Shown here: positions 63,537-64,000 of the stretch, one piece after another
Layout: each line of letters begins with the position of its first letter
How positions within the stretch are numbered: position 1 is the stretch's first letter
NCBI RefSeq assembly: GCF_011386835.1
Contig: NC_088801.1
Coordinates: forward strand, 11,656,001-11,720,000
DNA: 64,000 nt
Reading direction: 5' to 3'
Source: Chrysemys picta bellii
Lineage: Eukaryota
The notes under the pieces: generated by a model
The model's database searches: none
Seen by the model: the letters and a program-made list of their open reading frames with translations, nothing else
Told to the model about the DNA's origin: nothing
Made by a program: the position numbers and the translations under genes

Positions 63537-63701
63537 CTTCCCCTCAAATCTGGCCGTGCCTCCCAGCAGCACCCGGATATTCCTAGGAGGAAGAATGAAT
63601 GCTGGTGCTTCTGTTGGGACAGAGGGGCTGAGAGATGAGTGCTCCAGCGTCACAGAGGTTTTGGAAATACGAGTCGATGACACCAGTTTCACATCCCCCA
63701 T
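63537..63701 (-). CDS. MYLK: MYLK first coding exon (165 nt, Met1-Lys55), start of Ig1
   Basis: Translates MGDVKLVSSTRISKTSVTLEHSSLSPSVPTEAPAFILPPRNIRVLLGGTARFEGK, matching the N-terminus of long MLCK as recalled for human and chicken. ATG at 63701, donor AAG|GTAAGA at 63537/63536. A polypyrimidine tract and AG lie about 9 nt upstream of the ATG. Confidence 0.97.
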
Positions 63702-64000
63702 GGTTAAAGCTTTCAAAGAGAAAGAGAAACAAGAAGTAAAATGTTGACTTGTTACTATTATTTATACAACAGTAGCAACTAGGGGCCACTAAGATCACGG
63801 CTTGGTTGTGCCACATGTACACATAGTAAGAGACAATCCCTGCCCCAAAGAGCCTTCAGTCTTAAGTGACAAGTATTATTCCCATCTTACAGATGGGGAA
63901 CTGAGGCCCTAAGAGTTTAAGCGAGTTGCCTAAGATCACACAGTAAATCAGTGAGAGCTTTGAACTTCATGCAAATCTCCCAAGTCCCAATCCAGTACCT

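Overview
Vertebrate genomic DNA, almost certainly turtle (Testudines), judged from the repeat families present: a tRNA/CR1-tail SINE, GC-rich hAT MITEs, DIRS and Penelope elements. The window lies inside the 5' half of MYLK (long myosin light chain kinase) on the minus strand. Eight coding exons were reconstructed by hand (63537-63701, 23835-24042, 20520-20568, 15245-15410, 11012-11177, 7175-7193, 3848-4425, 1213-1416). All have GT-AG boundaries and consistent phases, giving 1555 nt and Ig domains 1-3. Two of them, of 49 nt and 19 nt, are absent from the ORF track. The introns are dense in mobile DNA. The most notable element is a 4.76-kb two-LTR provirus (28812-33573, antisense to MYLK). It has an exact tRNA-Ser(UGA) primer-binding site, a decayed gag with a CCHC knuckle, a pol reduced by deletion to RT N-terminal and integrase C-terminal stubs, and a near full-length decayed env. 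The motif layout of that env resembles paramyxo-/pneumovirus F proteins, which suggests a lokiretrovirus-like ERV (inference; needs a profile search). Other highlights are a 120-bp zero-spacer palindrome derived from a Penelope terminal repeat and folding back at the hammerhead-ribozyme stem-III palindrome, a young CpG-rich hAT element with about 370-bp fold-back arms, and two rearranged DIRS elements flanking one MYLK exon. No prokaryotic-type system, CRISPR array or intact RNA gene was found. All coordinates, counts and alignments were done by eye.
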